Source: an uncultured Armatimonadetes bacterium
GTDB taxonomy: Bacteria; Armatimonadota; Hebobacteria; Hebobacterales; Hebobacteraceae
Length of the DNA stretch: 64,000 bases
Direction of reading: 5' to 3'
Assembly (NCBI GenBank): GCA_963716175.1
Contig: OY970296.1
Coordinates: 1,504,001-1,568,000, forward strand
The position numbers were made by a program, and so were the translations under genes. The notes beneath the pieces are model-generated. The model saw only the letters and a program-made list of their open reading frames with translations. It did not search any database and was not told the DNA's origin. This document shows positions 29,053 through 37,173 of this stretch, one piece after another (position 1 is the first letter of the stretch; each line of letters opens with the position of its first letter).

Positions 29053-30681
29053 ATGACTCCAGACTTGCGTCCGGCGCTGCGGCCGGATCTCTTCGGGCAA
29101 TTGGCGGCGACCGATCCCTATCAGCGCCGGGCGCGGCGGCTGTTCGAGCGCGGGCAGGTGATCGCGGTCTACGGCAACGAGGCCGACCTGCGGGTGGGCC
29201 TGGATGCGCGGGGCAATGCGCTCGCCCTGAAGCGAGTGCCGATCGTGTCCGGCTACGTGCCCCAGGTCGGGGATTGGGTGGCGATCCAGTATGAAGCCGG
29301 CCACTCCGGGGCGCCCTGGGTCACCGGGCCCAGCATGGCCGATGATGCCTGCGCCGACCCGGCCGGGATCGGGGTGTTCTCGGTCTCGGCCTCCGCGCCC
29401 AGCACCCCGGCGAAGAGCACGATCTACTTCGACGATAGCCTCGCCGCCTGGCGGGGTTGGGACGGCTCGGCCTGGGTGGACTTCTTCGCCAAGCTGCACA
29501 ACACGCTGCCCGATCTGCAAGGCGGGGCCGGCGGCCAGTACTATCACTTCAGCGCGGCCGAGCACGACGGTCTGCAGGATTTCTGCGATGGCAGCGCGCT
29601 GGCCTCGGGCTGGCTGAAACAACTGAAGTTCAAGGCGATTGACGCCAGCGCCACCAGCCGGACCCGGCTGTTCGAGAAGGACGGGGATTTCTTCTGGGCG
29701 ATCAATGCCGAGTACGATCCCGCCCTCGACCAATGGAACCGCGTCGACACCGCCAAGTACGCTTACCTGGTCGGCCTCTACTCGAAGAACGGCATCCCCC
29801 ATGAGCCGGGGGGCTTGGGCGGGGTGGCCTGGTGGCGGTGCGTGGACGGGGCCAACCCCATCGGGGATTACACCGCGGTCGGGGGTTGGGAACTCGGGTT
29901 CATGATGACTATGCACCGCAATTTCGTGGGCGGTGGCATGAACTGGGAGCTGGACGGCTCGGGCTCGCCGCCCTATGGGCGCTTCTCCCAGTCCGGCCAC
30001 GAGGACCCGGACTGCTTCACCGGGCTGATGCGCAACATCTGGTACGAGGGCAACCCCACGCTGACGCCGGGGGCAGGCTCGTGGGGCCGGGATACCACCG
30101 ACCACGATGGTTACTTCACGGGGATAGTGGACGGAGTCGGCTTCATCTGGCGGCGCAAAGCGGCCGGAGCGGGGTCGTTTCCTACCAGCGCCTGGTCTGA
30201 GGTGGCGCGGCTGACGGCGGCCGGGGTGCTCAGCATCGCCGGAGCCAGCATGAGCTTCGCTGGCAACGCCCTGGCGGTGGAGGCGGCGAGCGCCATCAAC
30301 CAGGACTTGACCTCGGACGCGGCGCCGACTTTCGCCGGCCTATATACAAGTGGGACTATCCGGCCGACAGTAGGCGCTTCGCCGAACCTTGGGGCAAGCA
30401 GCGTGGAGTTCACCGTTGCCTACTACGGGCGCTGGGCCACTGGGGTCGCTGCCTCCTACTTGGATCACTCTGGCATTCTGTACTTCCGTGATCCGGAGGC
30501 CTCGTTTGTTACCCGCGGTACCTACAACAGTGCCACGGGCAACTTCTACATGAGCGGTCAAGGCCGGTTCGGGTCGCTGCGGATAGACCAGGCGCCGGCC
30601 GCAGGGACCATCACCCCGGACAAGACGATCACGATTAGCTGCAACGGCGTGGACTACAAGATCGCAGTGAAGGCGGCATGA
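29053..30681 (+). CDS. Tail spike/fibre with N-terminal gpV-like OB fold
   Basis: GQVIAV...VPIVSGYVPQVGDWVAI N-terminus; HNTLPDLQGG..YYH and NQDLTSDAAPTFAGL fibre motifs. Confidence 0.6.
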   Translation: MTPDLRPALRPDLFGQLAATDPYQRRARRLFERGQVIAVYGNEADLRVGLDARGNALALKRVPIVSGYVPQVGDWVAIQYEAGHSGAPWVTGPSMADDACADPAGIGVFSVSASAPSTPAKSTIYFDDSLAAWRGWDGSAWVDFFAKLHNTLPDLQGGAGGQYYHFSAAEHDGLQDFCDGSALASGWLKQLKFKAIDASATSRTRLFEKDGDFFWAINAEYDPALDQWNRVDTAKYAYLVGLYSKNGIPHEPGGLGGVAWWRCVDGANPIGDYTAVGGWELGFMMTMHRNFVGGGMNWELDGSGSPPYGRFSQSGHEDPDCFTGLMRNIWYEGNPTLTPGAGSWGRDTTDHDGYFTGIVDGVGFIWRRKAAGAGSFPTSAWSEVARLTAAGVLSIAGASMSFAGNALAVEAASAINQDLTSDAAPTFAGLYTSGTIRPTVGASPNLGASSVEFTVAYYGRWATGVAASYLDHSGILYFRDPEASFVTRGTYNSATGNFYMSGQGRFGSLRIDQAPAAGTITPDKTITISCNGVDYKIAVKAA

Positions 30682-30682
30682 G

Positions 30683-30898
30683 ATGGCAATCACCGAAGCC
30701 CAGCGCGCCTGGGCCAGCAACCGCGTCACCGCGCTGTCCGAGCTGGACGCGAAGCTGCGTGCCGGGATGGCCCACCTGAGTGACCTGCTCGGCATGGGCG
30801 ACCGGCCCTACGTCACCATTGACGCGGCCCAGGTCCAGCAGTTGTGGGCCGCCTACCGGCAGGCGATCGCAGATGCGGCCAACGCTCTGCCCGGCTAG
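30683..30898 (+). CDS. Small hypothetical protein (possible fibre chaperone)
   Basis: Directly follows the fibre gene; host-like codon usage. Confidence 0.5.
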   Translation: MAITEAQRAWASNRVTALSELDAKLRAGMAHLSDLLGMGDRPYVTIDAAQVQQLWAAYRQAIADAANALPG

Positions 30899-30915
30899 GC
30901 CGCAAGGAGCGGAGC

Positions 30916-31167
30916 ATGACGACAGAGGGCCCCAAGTCGGAGACGACGATCACGGATGATGAGCTGCAGGTCATGGCCAGGGAACGATTCCAGGGCCGGG
31001 TGGAACGGGTACTGGCGGTGATGCGGGAGGAGCGCATTGACTGGAGGGGGATTGCGTTCATCGCCCCGGACGGCCGGATTGGGGTGCGAGTGATGCCAGT
31101 GGACCTGTCCGCCGGTTTGCCCGCCGGCCTGGCGGCGGGCCGTGTGGCGGAGATGGGACAGCCATGA
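30916..31167 (+). CDS. Small hypothetical protein
   Basis: AAGGAG RBS; ATGA overlap with the next gene. Confidence 0.55.
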   Translation: MTTEGPKSETTITDDELQVMARERFQGRVERVLAVMREERIDWRGIAFIAPDGRIGVRVMPVDLSAGLPAGLAAGRVAEMGQP

Positions 31168-31532
31168 TGGGCACGGCCTTGGATGCTCTCAATGTGCTGA
31201 AGGAGTACGGCCTCGCCGGGGTGCTGGCCTGGCTTTTCTGGTGGACCTTGCGGCGGATGATGGCCTCCCACGATGCCACCGTGCGGAGTCTGAAGGAGCA
31301 GATCGGGGACCACCTGGAGGCGGCGCGCGTGGTGGGAGAGAGCTTCTCGGAGGTGGTGCAGAACCACCTCAGCCATGCCACCGAGGTGCTGGCGCGCCTG
31401 GACGGCTCGCTGAGCCGGTATGTGGAGGAGCAGCGGCCCTGGCAGGACCGCCTGGTCTCCACTCTGGTCAAGATCGAGTCCCATCTGGCGTCAGGAGGCA
31501 AAGGCGATGGTGCGCGGCCAGGAGTGGGTTGA
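31164..31532 (+). CDS. Putative holin (single N-terminal TM plus coiled coil, BhlA-like)
   Basis: EYGLAGVLAWLFWW TM segment; immediately upstream of the endolysin. Confidence 0.55.
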   Translation: MMGTALDALNVLKEYGLAGVLAWLFWWTLRRMMASHDATVRSLKEQIGDHLEAARVVGESFSEVVQNHLSHATEVLARLDGSLSRYVEEQRPWQDRLVSTLVKIESHLASGGKGDGARPGVG

Positions 31533-32181
31533 GCAGACCTTCGGGCGCTTCGGGTGGCAGGAGGATGCCGGCCAACGGGGCGCGATCAAGATCCTGGGTG
31601 ACTGGGAGCGCCAGAACATCGTGTCTCTGGCGCCGCCGTTCGCGCTGCGCGACGGCCGCGGCCGGCCCATTTCTGCGATCAGATGTCACCGGCTGGCGGC
31701 GCCGGCCTTGCAGCGGGCGCTGGCCGACCTGGCGGAGCGCAGCCTGGGCCACCTGATCAACACCTTCGATGGGTGCTTCGAGGCCCGGCATCAGCAGTGG
31801 AACCCAAAGCATTCCCTGTCGCGACACAGTTGGGGGATCGCGGTGGATGTCAACGCGCGCCTGTTCCCGTATGGCTCGAAAGCGCGCCAGGACGAGCGGC
31901 TGATTGCGGCCTTCGCGCGCCAGGGGTTCACCTGGGGCGGCGATTGGCGCGAGCCGGACCCGATGCACTTCGAGATCGTGGACCTGGCGCAGCCGGCGCG
32001 GTTGCTCGACATCCTGGTGGACGGAGAGAAGGTGAGCGTGGGATTCCTGCATGAGGGCCGGGCGGTGGCGCCGGTGAGAGAGGTTGCCGAGGCGCTGGGT
32101 GCGCGGGTCGAGGCGCGGCTGGAGACCGGGGAGATCGAGATCCACTCGCCTCCGGCGAGTGCATACCCTCTTGGGAGGTGA
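31507..32181 (+). CDS. M15-family peptidase endolysin with C-terminal stalk (copper amine oxidase N-like) domain
   Basis: R...SRHSWGIAVDVN, WGGDW, DPMHFE; AVAPVREVAEALGARV. Confidence 0.85.
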   Translation: MVRGQEWVEQTFGRFGWQEDAGQRGAIKILGDWERQNIVSLAPPFALRDGRGRPISAIRCHRLAAPALQRALADLAERSLGHLINTFDGCFEARHQQWNPKHSLSRHSWGIAVDVNARLFPYGSKARQDERLIAAFARQGFTWGGDWREPDPMHFEIVDLAQPARLLDILVDGEKVSVGFLHEGRAVAPVREVAEALGARVEARLETGEIEIHSPPASAYPLGR

Positions 32182-32187
32182 ACTGCG

Positions 32188-32391
32188 ATGAAGTTGCTGC
32201 GGATGCTGGGATACGCGTGGCGGCTGTTCTGGTTTCTGGAGCTGCTGATCACCCCGAGCGCGGCCGCCGAGGCCTTGCTGAACCAGGCGCGGGTGAAGGC
32301 CTGGCTGGAGAAGCAGCCGCTGGATGATCAGCGCAAGATTCGGGAGGCCGCGCCGCTGGTGGTGGGGGCGATATTGGCGGCGCTGGAGTGA
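32188..32391 (+). CDS. Small hydrophobic protein ending the lysis cassette
   Basis: GGAGG RBS; hydrophobic N- and C-termini. Confidence 0.55.
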   Translation: MKLLRMLGYAWRLFWFLELLITPSAAAEALLNQARVKAWLEKQPLDDQRKIREAAPLVVGAILAALE

Positions 32392-32517
32392 ACGGCAGAG
32401 GCGGTCCGCAGATTACGCAGATGGGCGCAGATCAATAAGGAATGCGGCGGGCGCTCGTGGGCCTCAGGCGCATGCGCCCTCCGCATTCATCTGTGTAATC
32501 TGCGTAATCTGCGGATT

Positions 32518-33285
32518 CTATAGGTAGCCTCCCAGCCGATGCATCTGCGGGATCACGCGGACTTCTGGCAGGTGCCGCTTTGCCACCGCCTGCAAGCACA
32601 ACATCTGCCTGGGCGTGGGGGCCTGCATCTGTGGTCTTGTCGGCGTTACCGGCTGAAGCACCAGGGCCGCCTCTGGATTCACGCTCGCGATTAGCGAGGC
32701 CGCGTGTTCCACTTCCTCCGGTTCGCAGTCGGCGGTCACCACGCATTTGCAGAAGTCGAGTCGGCTGGGGTCTTCATGGGCGGCGAGTGCGAAGAGGAAG
32801 CGCTCGTGCTGCTCCCACTGGGAAGCTTGCCTGGTTGCTGAGGGTAGCTTGATATCGGCGCAGATGAAGTCGAGGTGCGCGATGATCTCCACCAGCTCCT
32901 CGGCCAGGGTGCCATTGGTCTCCAGGTAAGCCTTCAGTCCCAGGTCGCCGAGCAGTGGGAGGAGTTCGGTGAGGAACTCCGCGTGCAGCAACGGCTCGCC
33001 GCCGGTGAGGGCGACGGAGTGATGAAGTCCTGGCTGGGGGCGGACCAGACCGCGAATGGCGTCGGCGATGTCGGTGCAGGAGAGGGGGTTGGGGATTTTG
33101 TCGAAGTCACTACTGCCCGCGGCCCGCTCCACGCGGCAGGTGGCCGGCGCGACCTGCGCGCCCGGCGTGTCGCAATAGGCGCAGCAGAGGTTGCATCCGG
33201 CGAAGCGCAGGAAGACCTGCCGCTCGCCGACCAGCAGCCCCTCGCCCTGGATGGAGGAGAAGATTTCGACGACGGGGGCGGTCAT
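32518..33285 (-). CDS. queE: 7-carboxy-7-deazaguanine synthase (radical SAM)
   Basis: EIFSSIQGEG, FLRFAGCNLCCAYCDT, LTGGEP, LETNG, PQMH. Confidence 0.85.
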   Translation of the reverse strand: MTAPVVEIFSSIQGEGLLVGERQVFLRFAGCNLCCAYCDTPGAQVAPATCRVERAAGSSDFDKIPNPLSCTDIADAIRGLVRPQPGLHHSVALTGGEPLLHAEFLTELLPLLGDLGLKAYLETNGTLAEELVEIIAHLDFICADIKLPSATRQASQWEQHERFLFALAAHEDPSRLDFCKCVVTADCEPEEVEHAASLIASVNPEAALVLQPVTPTRPQMQAPTPRQMLCLQAVAKRHLPEVRVIPQMHRLGGYL

Positions 33286-33511
33286 GGGGCGGTAGTTCCG
33301 TTGGGCCGGGGCCTGCCCCTGCCAGCGGTCTTGACGGAAGCGCGTGATGCTTCAAGGTGTTTCGGGACTTCCAGTCCCGAAACCGCGTGGGCGGCACGGT
33401 TTCGGGATCACAGATCCCGAAACACCGGACGGCGAGACGGCAGGTCGCGTGGCTAGGCCTACGGGGCAGGCCGCCACCCCGGCCGCGGTACGCGACCTAG
33501 CGAGACCTACC

Positions 33512-34819
33512 CTACATTCTTTCATCCACCACCCGCACCGCTTTCCCCTCCCGCCGCGGGATGGTGCCGGGCTCGACGAGTTCGATGCGCGGGGTGACGA
33601 GGAGTTCGGTGCGGAGGGCGTGGGTGATGCGTTCCTGGAGCTTGAGCAGCTCGTCCACCTCGCCGCGGAAGATCTCCGGCGTGACCTCTACCCTGACGGT
33701 TAGGCGGTCGGTGTAGCCCTCGCGGTCGAGCAGGATGAGATAGTTGGTGCCCACCTCGGGCATGGCCATGAGCGCCCGCTCGATCTGCATGGGGAAGATG
33801 TTGACGCCCTTGATGATGAACATGTCATCGGTGCGGCCCTGGATGCGAGCGAGGCGGCGATGGGTGCGGCCGCAGGGGCAGTCGCCCGGGAGGAATGCGG
33901 TCACGTCGCGGGTGCGGTAGCGGATCAGGGGCATGGCCTCCCGGGTGAGGGAGGTGAGAACGAGTTCGCCCTCTTCCGCCTCCGCCACCGGCTCCCCGGT
34001 TTCCGGGTTGATGATCTCGGCGAAGTACGCGTCTTCCCAGAGGTGCAGTCCCTGCTGGGCCGGGCACTCGAAAGCGACGCCGGGCCCGCACATCTCCGAC
34101 AGGCCGTAGCAGTTGTAGAAGGGGATGCCCCAGCTCGCTTGCAGCCGCTGCCGGGTTCCTTCGGTATAGGGCTCGGCCCCCGCCACCGCGAAGCGCAAGG
34201 CCAGATCGTGCTTGGGGTTCACACCCATCTCCTCGCAGGTGGCGAGCAGGGCCAGTGCGTAGCTGGGGATGATGTGGATGGCGGCGGCCCGGAAGATGCG
34301 CATGAACTCGACCTGCCGCTGGCTGCCGCCGGCGCCGATGGGGATGACGAAGGCCCCCAGCTTCTCCGCGCCGTAGTGCAGGCCGAGCCCGCCGGTGAAC
34401 AGCCCGTAGCTCATCATGTTCTGGAACACATCCCCTCGACGCAGCCCCACCATGTGGAGACAGCGCGCCACCAACTCGGCCCAGGCCTCGATGTCGCCCG
34501 CGGTGTGGAAGACCGCGGTGGCCAGGCCGGTGGTGCCGGAAGAGTGATGCAGGCGCACCACCCGATCCTTCGGCACCGCCAGGAAACCGAAGGGGTAGCT
34601 GTCGCGCAGGTCCTGCTTGCCGGTCAGCGGGAAGCGGCCCAGATCATCGAGCGAGTGAAGCGAGCCCGGGCCCAGGCCGAGACCTGCGAACACCTTCGCA
34701 TAGTGCTGGGACTTCGCGGCCTGGCCGACGCTCCAGCGGAGGCGTTCGAGCTGGAGGGCGCGGAGGGCGTCAGGGGAGGTGGTCTCGATTGGGTCGTAGG
34801 GCGCTGCCTGCGGCATCAC
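33512..34819 (-). CDS. paaK: Phenylacetate-CoA ligase family protein
   Basis: HHSSGTTG, YGLFTGGLG, YGLSEMCGPG, RYRTRD, GRTDDM. Confidence 0.85.
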   Translation of the reverse strand: MMPQAAPYDPIETTSPDALRALQLERLRWSVGQAAKSQHYAKVFAGLGLGPGSLHSLDDLGRFPLTGKQDLRDSYPFGFLAVPKDRVVRLHHSSGTTGLATAVFHTAGDIEAWAELVARCLHMVGLRRGDVFQNMMSYGLFTGGLGLHYGAEKLGAFVIPIGAGGSQRQVEFMRIFRAAAIHIIPSYALALLATCEEMGVNPKHDLALRFAVAGAEPYTEGTRQRLQASWGIPFYNCYGLSEMCGPGVAFECPAQQGLHLWEDAYFAEIINPETGEPVAEAEEGELVLTSLTREAMPLIRYRTRDVTAFLPGDCPCGRTHRRLARIQGRTDDMFIIKGVNIFPMQIERALMAMPEVGTNYLILLDREGYTDRLTVRVEVTPEIFRGEVDELLKLQERITHALRTELLVTPRIELVEPGTIPRREGKAVRVVDERM

Positions 34820-34856
34820 TGATACCTCGGTGGCGGACAGGGCAGGAGACCAGCGG

Positions 34857-35444
34857 CTAGGTGACGGGCCTCACCTTCCGCGAGGCCTGATGCGCGGATT
34901 GGATCTCCGCGGCGTAAGCGGATAGCAGTCGCTCGGCAAACCCCCGCGGCTCGATCCCGAGTTCTTCCAGCCCGATCGCCGGGACTGGCGCGCCTTCGCC
35001 CCGGAGGTTGAAGCCGGCATGGATGAGGCCGGAGGTGGGGGAAGTGGTGGCGACGGAGATGGAGAGCTTGCGGCCCCGGAGGTAGAGGTCGTCGCCTTCC
35101 CGGCGCAGGAGCGGCTCGCCCAGATGGGAGTTGATGATCTCAGCGGCGATGGCCATCAGCAGGCGCTGGCGGAGGGTGATGCGCTCCAGGTCGAGACCGG
35201 GGTGCTCGATGATCAGGTGGAGCATGCGGGGGCTGAAGATCCTGGCCCCGGCCTCGAGGTCAACCTGGTCCACCATGTGCTCGGGGGCCACGTCGCAAGG
35301 GCCGATGAAGGCCACCGCGGCGTCGCCTGCGAGTCCGGCGGTCTCGGCGATCCAGCCGGAGCGGAGCTGCGCGCCGGTGTATTCCAGTTCGCGGTCGAGG
35401 GTGCAGGTTCTCATACTATGATTATCATCTGTGGAATCCGCCAA
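34857..35444 (-). CDS. DUF366 family (BPL/LplA-like fold) protein
   Basis: YTGAQLRSGW, GPCDV..MVD, MLHLIIEH, GDDLY..KLSISVAT; true start may be MRTC. Confidence 0.75.
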   Translation of the reverse strand: MADSTDDNHSMRTCTLDRELEYTGAQLRSGWIAETAGLAGDAAVAFIGPCDVAPEHMVDQVDLEAGARIFSPRMLHLIIEHPGLDLERITLRQRLLMAIAAEIINSHLGEPLLRREGDDLYLRGRKLSISVATTSPTSGLIHAGFNLRGEGAPVPAIGLEELGIEPRGFAERLLSAYAAEIQSAHQASRKVRPVT

Positions 35445-35486
35445 AGGCGGATGAATCTGCGTAATCTGCGGACCGCAGTTACCCCC

Positions 35487-36932
35487 CTACCACGTGAAGT
35501 GCGCCGTCGCCAGCAGCCCGAAGTTGATCAGCTCCGGCGGCAGGTTGTACCAGGCGGTGGTGATCACCCCTTCGGCCTTCGCCTCCATGGCGCGCTCGGC
35601 AAACAGCTTGATGTTCGTGCCATAGCGCGGGAAGTCGGGCAGCGAGAGCCAGTCACTGGTGTTGCCGCTGCAGGTGGGCCCGCAGATCACCCGGCGCCCG
35701 TGCTCCTGATAGTACTCCAGATAGGGGAAGGCGCGGACGCACTTCGGGAACTGGTCCCCCAGATAGGGGCGGAATAGCCTGAGGAAATCAGGGCCCAGAT
35801 CCTCCTCCAGGGGAACAGGCGAGCCGAAGAACCTCAGCGTGTCGGCGGTGACGTCGGAGAGTTCGGCCTTCCATTCCTTCTGCCAGCGTTGGTCGTACAC
35901 GGAGTCGCTCTTTCCCTCGCGGTCATAGCGCGCGATCAGCAGGGGGCTGGGCGAGGAGGTGGTCCAGTAATCCCAGTACATCACCCAGGCGCTCGGGTGA
36001 AGCTGACCTATCACCTGGGGATGAGCGCACAGGATGTCGTCCCATAGGATGGGCGTGATCCCGCGCTCGCTCAGCCAGGCGCACACCTTGTTGATGTGGC
36101 TTAGGTAGAGCGCGCCCTTGTCCTGCCCGCGACAGCGCGGGCATACCCCAAGGCGCCGGGTCTCGTCCGCGCCAATGTGCATCAACTGACAGCCGGGAAA
36201 CAGCGCGAGGATCTCCTCCGCCAGCTCGCACCAGACCCGGAAGGACTTCTCGTTGCTCGGGCACATCTGGTCCTGGTGCTGCTCTTCCTCCCGGATGTCT
36301 GCGTACTCATCGTGTTTCAGCAGATAGCGCAGGTGCCCGAGCGATTGCAGCAGCGGGATCGCCTGCATGCCATTGTCGCGGGCCAGCTCCAGGAGCTGTA
36401 CGACCTCGTCCCGCGTGAGGGCGGTGGGCGAGGCCACCACCCGGTGCTTCTGGAACGGGAACCGATCCCCGAATTCCACCAGGATGGTGTTCAGCTTCAG
36501 CTTCGCCGCGGACCGGACCAGGGCCAGCGCCTCCCCCGCGCCCATTTGCAGGAAGCTCTCGAACATGAGCTGGATGCCGCGGACGCGAAGTCGCGGGTAG
36601 TCTCTGATCTTGCCCACCGGCAGCGCGGGCCCGTTCCGGACCTGGGCGAGCGTGGCCAGCGCGTAGAGGAAACCGCGCCAGGAGCTGGCGCTCACCTTCA
36701 CCCCCTGCGCGGCAATCTCCAGCGCGTACTCCTCCTCCCCCAGCCCCTCGCTCCGCAGCAGCTTGATGTTCTTCTCGCCTCTCCCGCGCGCCAGGCCAAA
36801 CGCCTCTGCAAACCGGGCGGCCACGCGTTCATCCGACGACTCATCCACCAGGCCCCAGTCAGCGCCAACGATGACCATCTCGCGGGAAAGCGCAACCTCC
36901 TTGGGCGCCGGGATCAACCTGGGCATCGCCAT
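35487..36932 (-). CDS. Glycoside hydrolase family 20 (hexosaminidase-like)
   Basis: LIPAPK, IRDYP, IPLLQSLGH, HIGADE. Confidence 0.8.
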   Translation of the reverse strand: MAMPRLIPAPKEVALSREMVIVGADWGLVDESSDERVAARFAEAFGLARGRGEKNIKLLRSEGLGEEEYALEIAAQGVKVSASSWRGFLYALATLAQVRNGPALPVGKIRDYPRLRVRGIQLMFESFLQMGAGEALALVRSAAKLKLNTILVEFGDRFPFQKHRVVASPTALTRDEVVQLLELARDNGMQAIPLLQSLGHLRYLLKHDEYADIREEEQHQDQMCPSNEKSFRVWCELAEEILALFPGCQLMHIGADETRRLGVCPRCRGQDKGALYLSHINKVCAWLSERGITPILWDDILCAHPQVIGQLHPSAWVMYWDYWTTSSPSPLLIARYDREGKSDSVYDQRWQKEWKAELSDVTADTLRFFGSPVPLEEDLGPDFLRLFRPYLGDQFPKCVRAFPYLEYYQEHGRRVICGPTCSGNTSDWLSLPDFPRYGTNIKLFAERAMEAKAEGVITTAWYNLPPELINFGLLATAHFTW

Positions 36933-37173
36933 CGCCTTCTCCTCCTCAGAGCCGTACTCTGCATGCAGCGCCCCGCAGCCTAGCACGCTGCAGCCGATCG
37001 CGTCTAGTCTCCACGTTGGGCACGATCGGTTTCCGGATTGAGGTCCCGAAACACCCAGGCGCCGAAACACGCAAACACTCACACCTCAACAGGATTCGCA
37101 CCCCGCAGGTCAAACTGAATAGCGCGGTTAGGGGGGAGTGTCGGCCGGCGCGGAGCAGCGATAGGGATCGAGC

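Noticed and set aside
21824-32391. Contractile injection system (eCIS/R-type tailocin)
   Set aside because: No sheath, baseplate wedge (gpJ/gp25) or AAA ATPase gene recognisable
2260-32391. Single prophage combining the TerS island and the tail operon
   Set aside because: Separated by defence cargo and a host amidohydrolase; REP content and codon style differ; still no capsid, portal or TerL
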